This document shows, piece after piece, positions 1-13,151 of a DNA stretch of 64,000 nt. Where the stretch lies: contig NC_069001.1 in assembly GCF_001194135.2 (NCBI RefSeq), positions 36,002,016 to 36,066,015 of the forward strand. Reading direction: 5' to 3'. The notes under the pieces are model-generated. The model was given only the letters and a program-made list of their open reading frames with translations, had not been told where the DNA came from and ran no database searches. Positions within the stretch are counted from its first letter, which is position 1, and every line of letters begins with the position of its first letter. Both the position numbers and the translations under genes were made by a program. The DNA comes from Octopus bimaculoides. Lineage: Eukaryota.

Positions 1-337
1 GCACATTCACATACATAAACACATATAAACACATATACACACATATATGTATATGACTTCATCAAAATTTAGCTTCCATATTTTTTTGCTTTTCTTTTTA
101 AAAATGATAGATTATGAATTGAGATATTTGGCTGCTATTTCCAGCCAGTCAAACAGCCACATCCAGGGCCTCCATCTCGGGCTCAACGACTGTTCAATAT
201 CTCAGTAAGGCTGCCTTTGTGTCTGTTTGATCCAATAACGATGGGAACAAGAAAGAAACAAACGATGTTAAATTAATTGGAATTCAGCCTCGTTAACAAA
301 TACAATTTCATTCTGATTTATTTCTCCTCTGATAGCC

Positions 338-385
<48 letters not shown>

Positions 386-1518
386 CATTATTATTATTAT
401 TATTATTGTTGTTGTTGTTGTTGTTGTTATTGAGAGTTCTTAACTGAATTATCTGTCTGACATTCTGTAGGCTCTTCCAGAAATGCCGCCGATAATCTGT
501 GATATATTTGAACAAGATCCGCGTACATGATAGCTTCACAAAACTTTTGAAGTGGATCTTTTCTGTCGAATGCATAGATAGATACTTGTGAAGTATAGTT
601 GCCTTCAGGGATATATGGATGCATGTGCGTGTGTGTGTGGTTTTGTTTGTGTGTATGTGTGTGTGTGTGTACATGCATCTCTGTGTCTATATATGTATGT
701 ATATATATATATATGTATATATATATACATACATGTCAATGTAAATATATGTATATACATACATACATATACATACATATATATATGTATGTATATATAT
801 CATCATCATCATCCTCATCATCATTTAACGTCCGCTTTCCATGCTGGCATGGGTTGGACGGTTTGACTGAGGACTGGTAAACCAGAGGCTGCACCAGGCT
901 CCAATCTGATCTGGCAAAGTTTCAAAATATCCTGCCCCCAATTAGCTCCCTTTCTGGAGAGGTGCATGGCTTAGAGGTTAGGGTGTTGGACTCACAATCA
1001 TCAGATTGCAGTTTCAATTCCTGGACCAGGTGATGCATTGCGTTTTTGAGCACCTCATTTCACATCGCGCCAGTCCACTNNNNNNNNNNNNNNNNNNNNN
1101 NNNNNNNNNNNNNNNNNNNNNNNNNNNNNNNNNNNNNNNNNNNNNNNNNNNNNNNNNNNNNNNNNNNNNNNNNNNNNNNNNNNNNNNNNNNNNNNNNNNN
1201 NNNNNNNNNNNNNNNNNNNNNNNNNNNNNNNNNNNNNNNNNNNNNNNNNNNNNNNNNNNNNNNNNNNNNNNNNNNNNNNNNNGTAGTTATATATATATAT
1301 ATATATATGTAGTTATATATATATATATATATCTTCTTATATTGTCGTATATAACATGAGTTTAATGGCACCAATTTACGTACTTAGTACAAAACTACAG
1401 ACATTCCATTACTATCTAAGTGTTCTCAGACTAATTTTTCTGTCAAATTAATAGCATTTTATTAATTTCTTTCATGACTTCCAACATAAAAAAAACTTAG
1501 TAGTTTTTTAGCTTTTAG

Positions 1519-1595
<77 letters not shown>

Positions 1596-1623
1596 CTCTT
1601 ATTATTATTCTTATTATCATTAT

Positions 1624-1837
1624 GGCAGTAAATTGGTAGAATCTTTAGCATGCCAGACGAAAAGCTTAGCAACATTTTGTCTGTCATTACATTCTGAGTT
1701 CAAATTCCACCGAGGTCAACTTTGCCTTTCATCCTTTTGGGGGTTGGTAAAATAAGTACCAGTTATGTACTAGGGGCCGATGTAATTGATTATCCACCTT
1801 CCCCAAAATTTCAGGCCTTGTACCTATAGTAGAAAGG

Positions 1838-1884
<47 letters not shown>

Positions 1885-2121
1885 GGCAGTGAGCTGGCAG
1901 AATCATTAGCATGCTGGCCAAAATGCGTAGCGGCATTTTGTCTGTCTTTACTTTCTGAGTTCAAATTCCAACGGGGTCGACTTTGCCTTTCATCTTTTGG
2001 GGTCAGTTAAATATGTTATGTACCAGTTACACACTTGGGTTGATGTCATCGACTCATCCCCTCCCCCAAAATTACTGCCCTTGTGTTAAAATTTGAAACC
2101 ATAATTATTATTATTATTATT
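1624..2121 (+). mobile_element. SINE family B, head-to-tail dimer, each copy with an (ATT)n tail
   Basis: Motif ggcagtgagctggcagaatc...ctgagttcaaattcc (B-box-like)...gactttgcctttcatcc...taagtaccagtt...gtagaaaggatt(att)n. Further copies at about 12030-12175, 16979-17130, 30880-31030 and 63880-64000. Confidence 0.85.
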
Positions 2122-2123
2122 GG

Positions 2124-2465
2124 AGGAGGAGACCCCCTTTGGTTATGACTGACCATGGGATTGCACCTGGAAAGTTACCCTCCGAGGCACAAGTCCAGGC
2201 AAGGTTGTTTATGGAAGACCAGCAGTCGCCCATGCATACCAGCCTCCCCTCTCCACACCACCGACGTTATCCAAGGGAAAGGCAAAGGGGCCGATACAAC
2301 TTGGTACCAGTGATGTCGCAACTCATTTCTACAGCTGAGTTAACTGGAGCAACGTGAAATAAAGTGTCTTGCTCAAGAACACAACACGCAGCCCAGTCCG
2401 GGAATCAAACTCACAACCTCACGATCATAAGCTCAACACTCTAACCACTGAGCCATGTGCCTTCA
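2124..2465 (-). mobile_element. SINE family D, full length (tRNA-derived head)
   Basis: Sense strand gcacatggctcagtggttagagtgttgagc (A-box-like)...gtttgattccc (B-box-like)...cttgagcaagacactttatttcacgttgctccag. Related heads at 957-1079 (+), 19380-19585 (+), 46645-46885 (+), 50490-50570 (+) and 59540-59690 (-). Confidence 0.8.
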
Positions 2466-3036
2466 CTATTATTATCATTATTATTATTATTGTTATTATT
2501 ACTGCGGTTTTTATGTGAACACCTCTTTAAACCTGAAGCTAGTATGGTTTTTAAATAACTGGAGACATTTTCGAAAGACATTAGATATTTTAAGCACCAA
2601 TTTGAAACCAAAAAGATTACACAAGTTCAGTGAAACTTCTTCACCTCAAATTACAGCTTTTAATCTCTCTAATATAGTTTTACATTTATTAAATCTTTGC
2701 AGCTCAAGTCATTATTTCACATTCTTTAAAAGGAGAAAGAAAAGGAGGGGGGGAATACTTCATCGTTATATTATTGTGCTAACATAAAATGTTAAAAAAA
2801 AAAAATTTCAAACCCCACCAGCGGAAGGTGCATTGGAAAAATGCATTATTTGTGTCTTTTATCGGAAGGCGTTGTCGAGGCAAATGTAAACGGAATCAAA
2901 ACACAGACATCTTTTCATTTTAATTCAATATCTTTACATCAAGGTTTTAACAAAGAATGGCAGAAAATAATAATGACAATAATAATAATAATGATAATGG
3001 TGGTTTCAACTTTTGACAGACATATCCCATCCTGTT

Positions 3037-3345
3037 AAATACAAGATAGCCTGACTGTGGAAAACGAAGAAGTTGAAGACAGTGCCCATTATTGTTGGGT
3101 CCCTGGGTGGGGAACAACATCGGAAGGCATCTAGAGGAATATAATGGAAATGGGAATAGGGTGCCCAGTAGAGTTGTTACAAAAGGTTCGCCTCTGTGGT
3201 ATGGCCATCATCATCATCTGGAAAGTATGAGATAGTTGAAAAGAACAGATAGCATGGTACCAGAGGTTGCAGGTAGCAAAGCAAACCTCGTAGACATGGA
3301 AGATTCCAGGAGTTCCAATAGAACCTGAGTTAAAAAGAATAATTA
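3037..3345 (+). mobile_element. Decayed 5'-truncated R4/Dong-like (RLE-type) non-LTR retrotransposon, ORF C-terminus and 3'UTR
   Basis: Translation KYKIA*LWKTKKLKTVPIIVGSLG, frameshift, then GTTSEGI*RNIMEMGIGCPVELLQKVRLCGMAIIIIWKV* resembles the recalled R4/Dong C-terminal motif (VVPIVVGALG...LQK..LLGTA.ILRKVL); flanked by (AAT)n-rich sequence. Confidence 0.65.
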
Positions 3346-3413
3346 TTAATAAATGGAATAAGGATCAATGTGATAATATCTTTGAGATTCTGGTGTAATA
3401 TATATATATATAT

Positions 3414-3468
<55 letters not shown>

Positions 3469-4934
3469 NNNNNNNNNNNNNNNNNNNNNNNNNNNNNNNN
3501 NNNNNNNNNNNNNNNNNNNNNNNNNNNNNNNNNNNNNNNNNNNNNNNNNNNNNNNNNNNNNNNNNNNNNNNNNNNNNNNNNNNNNNNNNNNNNNNNNNNN
3601 NNNNNNNNNNNNNNNNNNNNNNNNNNNNNNNNNNNNNNNNNNNNNNNNNNNNNNNNNNNNNNNNNNNNNNNNNNNNNNNNNNNNNNNNNNNNNNNNNNNN
3701 NNNNNNNNNNNNNNNNNNNNNNNNNNNNNNNNNNNNNNNNNNNNNNNNNNNNNNNNNNNNNNNNNNNNNNNNNNNNNNNNNNNNNNNNNNNNNNNNNNNN
3801 NNNNNNNNNNNNNNNNNNNNNNNNNNNNNNNNNNNNNNNNNNNNNNNNNNNNNNTATATATATATATATATATATATTTATATTCTCAGGTGAGCACATA
3901 AGTTCAAAACAAGGTGGAAAAATCGTACTCAAATACCAAAGGTAGAATAATATAGACTTTATTAAAACTGGAGTATGGTGTAGTCCTGTGGATCACTGGA
4001 TACTGTTCCTATGTCAGCATGGAAAACAGATGTTAAATGAAGATGCTGATGGTATATATATATATAGAGAGAGAGAGAGATAGATATACAGACACACACA
4101 CATACACACACACATACATACAATGGGCTTTTTTCAGTTTCCGCCTACCAAATTCACTCACAGGACTTTGGTTGGCCCAAGGCTACAGTAGAAGACACTT
4201 CTATAAGGTGCCACGCAGTGAAACTGAACCTGGAACCATGTGGTTGGTAAGCAAGCTACTTACCAAACAGCCACTCCTGTACCTATATATATATATATAT
4301 NNNNNNNNNNNNNNNNNNNNNNNNNNNNNNNNNNNNNNNNNNNNNNNNNNNNNNNNNNNNNNNNNNNNNNNNNNNNNNNNNNNNNNNNNNNNNNNNNNNN
4401 NNNNNNNNNNNNNNNNNNNNNNNNNNNNNNNNNNNNNNNNNNNNNNNNNNNNNNNNNNNNNNNNNNNNNNNNNNNNNNNNNNNNNNNNNNNNNNNNNNNN
4501 NNNNNNNNNNNNNNNNNNNNNNNNNNNNNNNNNNNNNNNNNNNNNNNNNNNNNNNNNNNNNNNNNNNNNNNNNNNNNNNNNNNNNNNNNNNNNNNNNNNN
4601 NNNNNNNNNNNNNNNNNNNNNNNNNNNNNNNNNNNNNNNNNNNNNNNNNNNNNNNNNNNNNNNNNNNNNNNNNNNNNNNNNNNNNNNNNNNNNNNNNNNN
4701 NNNNNNNNNNNNNNNNNNNNNNNNNNNNNNNNNNNNNNNNNNNNNNNNNNNNNNNNNNNNNNNNNNNNNNNNNNNNNNNNNNNNNNNNNNNNNNNNNNNN
4801 NNNNNNNNNNNNNNNNNNNNNNNNNNNNNNNNNNNNNNNNNNNNNNNNNNNNNNNNNNNNNNNNNNNNNNNNNNNNNNNNNNNNNNNNNNNNNNNNNNTA
4901 TGTATCCACTTATATAAACACACACACATATATA

Positions 4935-4997
<63 letters not shown>

Positions 4998-5273
4998 TGG
5001 ATGGATGGATGTACAGATGTATATATGTATGCATTAACATTTCTATATTTGTTTGTGTAGCTGTGTGTATATGTTCATTGTTATATATATATATATAAAT
5101 TATCTTTCTCTATATATGTGTATGTGGGTGTGTTTGTGTGTGTATATATATAATATGTATATATAGTTTAATATACACTTTTCCTCAGTTGCTCCAGTCT
5201 TTCAGTTCTGTTACCTATACAAGGTCTACTTAATCAACCATTGCTATGTATATGGTGGTAGGGGTGGAGGAGA

Positions 5274-5311
<38 letters not shown>

Positions 5312-5453
5312 TCATGCAAGCAAAGAACTAACAACCTGGAACTTCGGGGAGGGAGTGAGGGAGGGACGGAGGGGTGGCAGCTGCAGGAATTTTATAAACA
5401 ATAGCAGAATCTCTTCACTCTTTTTTCACCCTTCCATGTCTTACTCAGTCTTA

Positions 5454-5488
<35 letters not shown>

Positions 5489-6090
5489 ACTCTCTCTCTC
5501 TCTCTCCCTCACTCTCTACATATATATATATATATAAATTTCAAAAAAGGATAAAACTCTTTTACAAGAATTTTATCAAGAAGCCAGTGTGTAAAAAAAT
5601 TCATTAGGGAAATATCTATTCCCAAGAATATAATTATTCCCAAGAATATAATTCCCAAGAATTGTAAAAGAGTTTTATCCGTTTTTNNNNNNNNNNGTGT
5701 ATAGAGGAATATATTATTTTGTTTAAAAGAGTTCCAACTCTGTCTGTTTTTTATGTTTTATTTATATTCTTGTAAAATTAATGTGGGATATAGAATATGG
5801 AATATACAATATATAATATAAAAATGGATGGTACAATGAAATAAAGTATTGAATGTCTTATTGAATATATGGAATATGTCTTATTGAATAGATGAAATAT
5901 TGAGTGTTCAATATAAAGGATTAAATATATAAAGGCGAATACGTATTTTCTATACCTTGTGGTATTTCATCATGGCCGGTATGACAGACTTTAACAGACT
6001 ATATAGATAGATAGATAGATAGATGTGATTAACTGTAAAATAAAACTTGGATGTTCTGATATTTCTCTGTTCTAATACTTATTAATTTAC

Positions 6091-6160
<70 letters not shown>

Positions 6161-7051
6161 TAGTATTTAGCTGAAGCAACAGAGTGACTGTAGGGCTGAG
6201 AGTTGTGTGCACTAGCACCAAACCAACTTCCACCAATATAAATATTTATATGTGTGTGTGTGTATATATGTATCTATATCTATATATCTATATACCTCTC
6301 TATATATATATGTGTGTGTGCGTGTATATATACACACACATACATACATGCATGCACACACACACACACACACAGATATATATATAATATAAATATATAT
6401 ATAAATTTATATACAAACCCTTAATCTGTACCTCATTGTCTCTCTCTCTCTCTCACCCTCTCTCACTCATTCTCACTCATTTTCTCCCCCCCCCTTCTGT
6501 CTCTCTCTCAGTTCCCTACCTCCTCAATTTCCCCTTCCTTTTTCCATCACTAAATATATTCAGTTTTCTCTTTCACCACCCCCACTCCATTCTTTTCTAT
6601 TTTCTGTCATTTTTTTCAGCATATGCTGCACACACACACACACACACATACATGCACACACATATACACAGAAAAGCACACACATATACACACCTATCAC
6701 ACACAAGCACACACATAAATGCACACACACACACACACACATGTAAACATTTGCAGATACACATAAACACCCTCATACACCTCTAAACACACACACACAC
6801 ACACACATACATGTACATAAATAAGCACACACACTCATATAAATGCACACATGCATACTCAAACATAAACACACACCTATACACACACATACCTCATTCC
6901 TTACTTCTTACTTCTGCAATCTTGTGTTTTTTCCTGTCCACGTGTTCTCCACTCTACCTTTTGTGAATTTCTTCTTTTGTATCTCATTCTTTTTCTTTTC
7001 TTTTTCATATTATTCTTTCATAATATATATGCTTGTGTGTGTATGTGTATG

Positions 7052-7095
<44 letters not shown>

Positions 7096-7319
7096 AGTAT
7101 ATATATATATAGTTCAAATTTATAGAAAAACAAAAGACGAAGAGAAGTGTAGGAAGAACAAGCAAGTGTATTAGTTTGACACACATGTTTCGAGCCTATG
7201 CTCTTTGTTAGAAAGAATTAAGAGGGAATTAGTAGTAGAGAGAGGATGAAAAAAAACGTGTGGAGTTCAGTGGCACAACATGTATATGTATGTATATATC
7301 TGTTATATGTGTGTGTATG

Positions 7320-7363
<44 letters not shown>

Positions 7364-7673
7364 TAGTGGAACTTCGATTTACAAATGTGATTCATTCCTG
7401 AAGGCCATTCATCATCCAAAATGTTCATAAACCAAAACAATTTTTCACATAGAGAAGGCACGACAAATTCAAGCTGGGACGTGCACTGAGGGAAAGGTAG
7501 ACAGCCACTGACTCTCTCCTGTTGATAGGCTCAGCTTCTTGCCAACCATTCTCGCTGCCTTGCATGTTTGTTACTCAAACCACTGTTTGCCACCCGAAAC
7601 ATTTTATGTTTGAAAAATTGTTTCGTAAACAAATTTGTTTGTGATAAGAGACATTCATAAACTGAAGTTCTAC
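7364..7673. mobile_element. Tigger/pogo-like MITE, about 310 bp
   Basis: Terminal inverted repeats gtggaacttcgatttacaaat / attcataaactgaagttctac resemble the CAGTGGAACCTCG class; the right end abuts an RTE (CAT)n tail. Confidence 0.6.
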
Positions 7674-7767
7674 ATCATCATCATCATCGTTTAACGTCCG
7701 CTTTCCATGCTAGCATGGGTTGGACGATTTGACTGAGGACTGGTGAAACCGGATGGCAACACCAGTA
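7674..7767 (-). mobile_element. RTE 3' end fragment
   Basis: Same sequence as the 39 kb and 40.8 kb copies. Older copies of the family lie at about 800-925, 23630-23670, 29280-29500, 30545-30605, 38500-38900, 42060-42250, 46910-47100, 50420-50480, 52570-52745 (+) and 58528-58750. Confidence 0.85.
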
Positions 7768-8719
7768 TGTCCTTATTTTTTTTTTTTTTTTTAAGATGAT
7801 AGGGTGTGATGTGAGGGAAAAATTTAAGTGATTTTAAAAAGTTGGAAACCATAATAATTTTATGAAACATGGTAATTTATCTACTAGCCTGCATTTCTTT
7901 CTAATCTTCAAAGCCTTCCTCTACCACCAGGAGGGTGGGGAACATGGTTCCCCCCTCTAGGAAAAAAAGAGAAAAACACTATCCCTAGACTACATACCGC
8001 AAATCACCATGTTGAACTTATTTAACATTTGCACTGATGCAATAAACAATAATCTCCAGTTAACAAGCTCAGCTTTATAACTCCATCACACTTTTATAAA
8101 AAATATAATATTTCAAAAAATATAACTTAGTCATTTACTTTATCGATCCAATTCCTTTGATGTTTATGTATACAAAACAAAACAAAACAAAACATTATCA
8201 AATAACTCCGCTATATTGTTTGCCTTTATTGTTTATTGTTTATTTTTAAAAACACAATAGCTTTATAGTTTATTTGTTATTTTACATGTCTATAATGCAT
8301 TCACTTTATCGCAACAATGTAATGTGTTTCTCTTATCTCTACCACACTAATACATTTTATAATAATTATATTTGTACTGTCTGTAATATATTTGTATTAC
8401 ACTAATTCCTTTTATTATAATTATATTGTGTTGTCTTCGATGTTTTTGTAGTGGCTTTTACCTTACAAATTCTCATAATACATTTGTACAATCTTTCTGC
8501 AATACAAAAGGCGATAACATATTTGTCACATTATCGTAATACTTTTGTCTGTGACTGTAATGGACAAACTGCAGACTGTAGGACTTTCCAAATGGCATGC
8601 TTTGAATGTTTTATAGTAGTAAGGCTGGTCTGATGATGAACCATGTCTCATGTGGCCTGCTTGTTGGGAAAGGTTGCTCATTCCTGGTTCTCTGATACAC
8701 ATATATGATTATGGTCATC

Positions 8720-9205
8720 TCTCACAGTCCAAGAAAGATGGTTCTGCAGTTCTTTGCTGAACAATCAGCACAAATGATATGTTTATAGTCGTTTCTGCTG
8801 CAACATTCTCTTGCTCCCTCCATCAAACTGATGTTGCCTGAACAGGTATGTCTAGTGTTGAAATGATTGCAAAGCAATGTGAGAGGAAGTGCTTTGCTCA
8901 AGAACACAATGCACTACTCAGTCCAGGAATTGAAACCACAATCTTGTAATTGTGAGCATAACACCTAAACCACTAGGCCCTGCACCCTCGACATAGAAAC
9001 GTGTGTGTGTGTATGTGCGTGAGTGTTTGGGGGTGGTGATTATAGTCTCATGTAGTCTAAGAAAAATGGTTCTGCAATTTCTCGCCAAACAAACCTGCAC
9101 AAACGACTTGTTTATAGTGAACAAATGCATGTTTTGTACATTAGCTCATTCACTCCATGAAATCAGCATTACCTGTACAGGTGTATGGTGTACCGCATGA
9201 TGAGG
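8720..9205 (-). mobile_element. Two copies of a family-D-related SINE variant
   Basis: tRNA-like head reversed at 8860-8988; body segments 8720-8860 and 9050-9205 are similar to each other (aagaaagatggttctgcagttc / aagaaaaatggttctgcaattt). Confidence 0.65.
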
Positions 9206-9329
9206 ACTGACTGAGACCCTGCTTAATATGTATCCCAGGGGGATCCCAGGAATAGACCAACAAATGGTGAATGCAGCACCACACTTGGTCTAATCTGCAC
9301 TCATATCTTAATAAATTATTTAGCTTTAC

Positions 9330-9860
9330 ATTACTGTTAATACATTTATACCTAGTTACACTAACGTCTTAAACACTCGTGTCTTAAACCATCAAAGATG
9401 TTATACCCAATTACATTAAAGCTATAATACATAATAGATTTATATCTAATTGCACTAACATCTTCAGACATTAATAAACCGAATTCCAATTGCACAAATA
9501 TCATGATACATTGAAAGCTTTATACTTAATTACTCCAACATTTCAGTATAATAATCAATTTAATTTTAGTTACATACCTGCCTCAATGAATTGTTTAACT
9601 TTACACCAATGTTAATACATCTCTATCTAGTTAAACTAATGTCTTAAGATATATCCAATCATACTCATATCCTAGAACACTAAAAGATTTATACCCAATT
9701 ACACTAATGTTATAATATATTAATAGCTTTATACCAAATTGCACTAATGTCTTAGGACATTAATAAATTTAACCCCAATTAAACACGTCTTAACACATCA
9801 AAAGCTTTAGACCAAATTACACTAATGTCTTAATACATTCATAGCGTTTATACTACATTT
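9330..9860. repeat. Degenerate AT-rich minisatellite with higher-order structure
   Basis: Recurring ttatacc(c)aattacactaatgtctta; block 9351-9480 recurs at about 9627-9770. Confidence 0.8.
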
Positions 9861-9910
9861 ATCTCAATAAAGTTCCTGTAATGCTTCTCAAATTACTCTT
9901 CCCTGTAAAG

Positions 9911-10023
9911 TCTCTTAATGGATTAAGACAAATATTTACATTCGATTCATTCATCCTGCAAATTGTTGATATTAAGTGGCACCAATCAAGTCGACCCTGC
10001 TTCAGTGAAGCTCTAGTTGCAGT
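9911..10023 (+). CDS. Weak candidate exon SLNGLRQIFTFDSFILQIVDIKWHQSSRPCFSEALVA(V), phase 0 to 2
   Basis: Acceptor ctcttccctgtaaag, donor GT|gtaagg, open frame; the opposite strand is also open, so it could be antisense TE sequence. Confidence 0.2.
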
Positions 10024-10380
10024 GTAAGGTGGTGGTGGTGAGAGGGGGGGAGCAGAAATTAACCAATGAAATGCTTGGAAAACACCTCCGTCATCCATCT
10101 CGCCGTCAAGCATCCCAAATAAGTCATACTTCAGTCTAGACTTGAATCCCATCGACCAGTTTAGCGTGGAAATGGGATTATTGGTTATTATGTCGGATGC
10201 TGTGTGTCATTCGCTCAGAACGTGTTGTGTCTGGTTTGTTGATGATTCCTAATTTTTCGATTAGAATAAAAGTCTTAGAGGGATCGTTCGACATAGTTGA
10301 ATAGTAAATTGGTTGGCTTGTAATCTTTTGGTTCTGTGTTTGGTCAAACTGCCTCGTATTATGCGATCTTTTATCATCCG

Positions 10381-10778
10381 TCTTTTACTTATTTCAGTCA
10401 GTAGACTGTGGCCATTCTGGGGCACTGCCTTGAAGAATTTTTAGTCGAAGGAATTGAACCCAGGACTTGTTTCTTTTTCAAGCCTAGTACTTATTCTATC
10501 AGTCACTTTTGCTGAACCTCTAAGTTACAGGGATTGTAAATGCATCAACACCAGTTATCAAGTGGTGGTGGGGGACAGACACAGACACTAAGACACACAC
10601 ACACACACACACATATATACATTTCTATATGACAGGCTTCATTCAGTTTCCATCTACGAAATCCACTCACAAAGCTTTGGTCAGCTTGAGGTTATAATGG
10701 AAAACTCTTGCCCAAGGTGCCATGCAGTGGGACTGAACCTGGAACCATGTGGTTGAGAAGCAAGTTTTTTACCACACA
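10381..10778 (-). mobile_element. SINE family C, full length
   Basis: Aligns end to end with the 24028-24425 copy; partial reverse copies at about 4125-4282, 12520-12602 and 28432-28582. Confidence 0.85.
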
Positions 10779-11259
10779 ACATCGTCTGTGAAATTATATT
10801 CTAGAATACCTTCAGACCATCTCATGTCTTGTTGGTATGTATGGTGTATCTAGGACTACGTGATTTTACATGTCTTTACTTTTATAAGATGATTGGTTTT
10901 GTTTTAAGGAAGTCTTTGGCTGCTATATCTAGCAGACCTTGTCCACAGACAGGCACTGGTGATGTTGTTGTTGTTGATATTCAACTATAATTTGTTGAGT
11001 TGATTTAATTGGTTCTTTATCAACATCCCCACCAGCTTTCACACACACACACAAACACATGCTCATGTACACACTCACAAACACTCACACACACATACTC
11101 ACAAACACAGATATACAAATGCACATTCATGTATGTAAATATACACACACACACATATACATACAAACACATGTACAAACACATACACACACTCTTACAC
11201 ACATGTACACAAGCTTTCACATACACTTGTAGAAAAACCATTTATACAAATGCATTCAA

Positions 11260-11312
<53 letters not shown>

Positions 11313-12224
11313 TACACACATATGTACAGATATACAAGTACACATACACGCACACGCACATACACTGACAAATACGTACATATATGCATTGACATACACA
11401 CATAGACATGTATATAAACACACACGCTCACACAAATAAACATGTACGCATTTAGGCAACATGCATACACACACACTCAGAAATGCACATACATGCACCC
11501 ATGCAAACACATGCTGCAGAAAACGCACACACAAGCGCACATATGCACATATTTCTGTATGCACACACACGCAGGCACACATGCACACAGTGCAATGGTA
11601 TGATCAGTGATCGAGGCATTTAATGACATTCCTATCAAATCAATAAAACATATTAAGGCAGGCTTCTTTAACGAGTTTGCCCTCTTTCCCGACAGCCACA
11701 TATCTTAATGACACAAATGTTTATAGTGGGTAGGGGATGGGGAAGAGGTTGAAAGAGACCGAGGTAGAGGGGAAGACAGAGAGAGAGAGAGGAAGAGGGA
11801 AAGACAGGGAGAGAGGGGTTGTGGGAGAACTAGGAAAGGAGGTACCGGCGGGGAAATATAACACTTGTTGTTCTCGGCTGGATTTGAACCTGGCACCATA
11901 AACTGCTAAATTGCTTGTCACTCAGATAGACCTAATCCATAACATTTATAAATCTCATGGAAAAAAAAGGGTCAGAGGTCCCAGTGTGAGTCTTATTGCT
12001 ATTACTGATAAGATAGTGAAAAGGCTGTGAGTTGCCGAACCATTAGCACACCAGGCAGAATGCTTAGAAGTGTTTTGCCTGTTGCTACGTTCTGAGTTCA
12101 AATTCCGCCAAGGTCACCTTTGCCTTTCATCCTCTCAAGGTTGATAAAATAAGTACCAGTTGCGTATCAGGACAATTACTTCATGTTATTTGCACCGTTG
12201 GTGACATTCTGTACCCATATATGC

Positions 12225-12256
<32 letters not shown>

Positions 12257-12402
12257 NNNNNNNNNNNNNNNNNNNNNNNNNNNNNNNNNNNNNNNNNNNN
12301 NNNNNNNNNNNNNNNNNNNNNNNNNNNNNNNNNNNNNNNNNNNNNNNNNNNNNNNNNNNNNNNNNNNNNNNNNNNNNNNNNNNNNNNNNNNNNNNNNNNN
12401 NN

Positions 12403-12463
<61 letters not shown>

Positions 12464-12676
12464 ACACACACACAAAGGGCATGCACACAATTTGCATCTT
12501 CCAAATCCACTGATGCGGCTTTGACCAGCGCAGGGCAATGGGACTGAACCCGGAACTACGTTGTTGGGAAGCTAGCTTCTTACCACACAGCCATGCCAGC
12601 ACCTATAAAACACTAAACACAATTTTGTATACCAATGCAGGTATAGCCTTAAAACTTACTCATCTATAAACATACA

Positions 12677-12716
<40 letters not shown>

Positions 12717-13072
12717 GCACGCATTAGTTATGAGATAACCCCTACCTCTCGCATATACCCGCAGTTTTATTGATCTTTTCATCTAAATCTTGAGTCATGT
12801 CCATTGGTACATACATACATATCAAAGCATACCATTGCATACCATACATAGATATACTATGCCATGACACACACACACACACACACACACTTACATATAT
12901 ACGACATACATAAAGACATACAAACACATACAAGCTCATTCATAAAGATACACGCATATACAAACACACATTAAGACGCATACACAAAGGCACGTATACA
13001 AACATACAGACATGTACAAATACATACACACTACACACTTATGCAAACAGATACACACATGTGCATATATAC

Positions 13073-13151
<79 letters not shown>

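Noticed and set aside
957-1079. tRNA-like A/B box sequences (also in other B, C and D heads)
   Set aside because: They continue into SINE bodies and do not form a full cloverleaf, so they are not tRNA genes.
5940-6000. Second hammerhead-like motif on the - strand (GAAA-TACC-ACAA-GGTA-TA)
   Set aside because: The stem III half fits, but there is no CUGANGA core or stem I pairing upstream.
8788-8844. Apparent exon SFLLQHSLAPSIKLMLPEQ|gtatgt
   Set aside because: It lies within the antisense body of a SINE that is repeated at 9050-9205.
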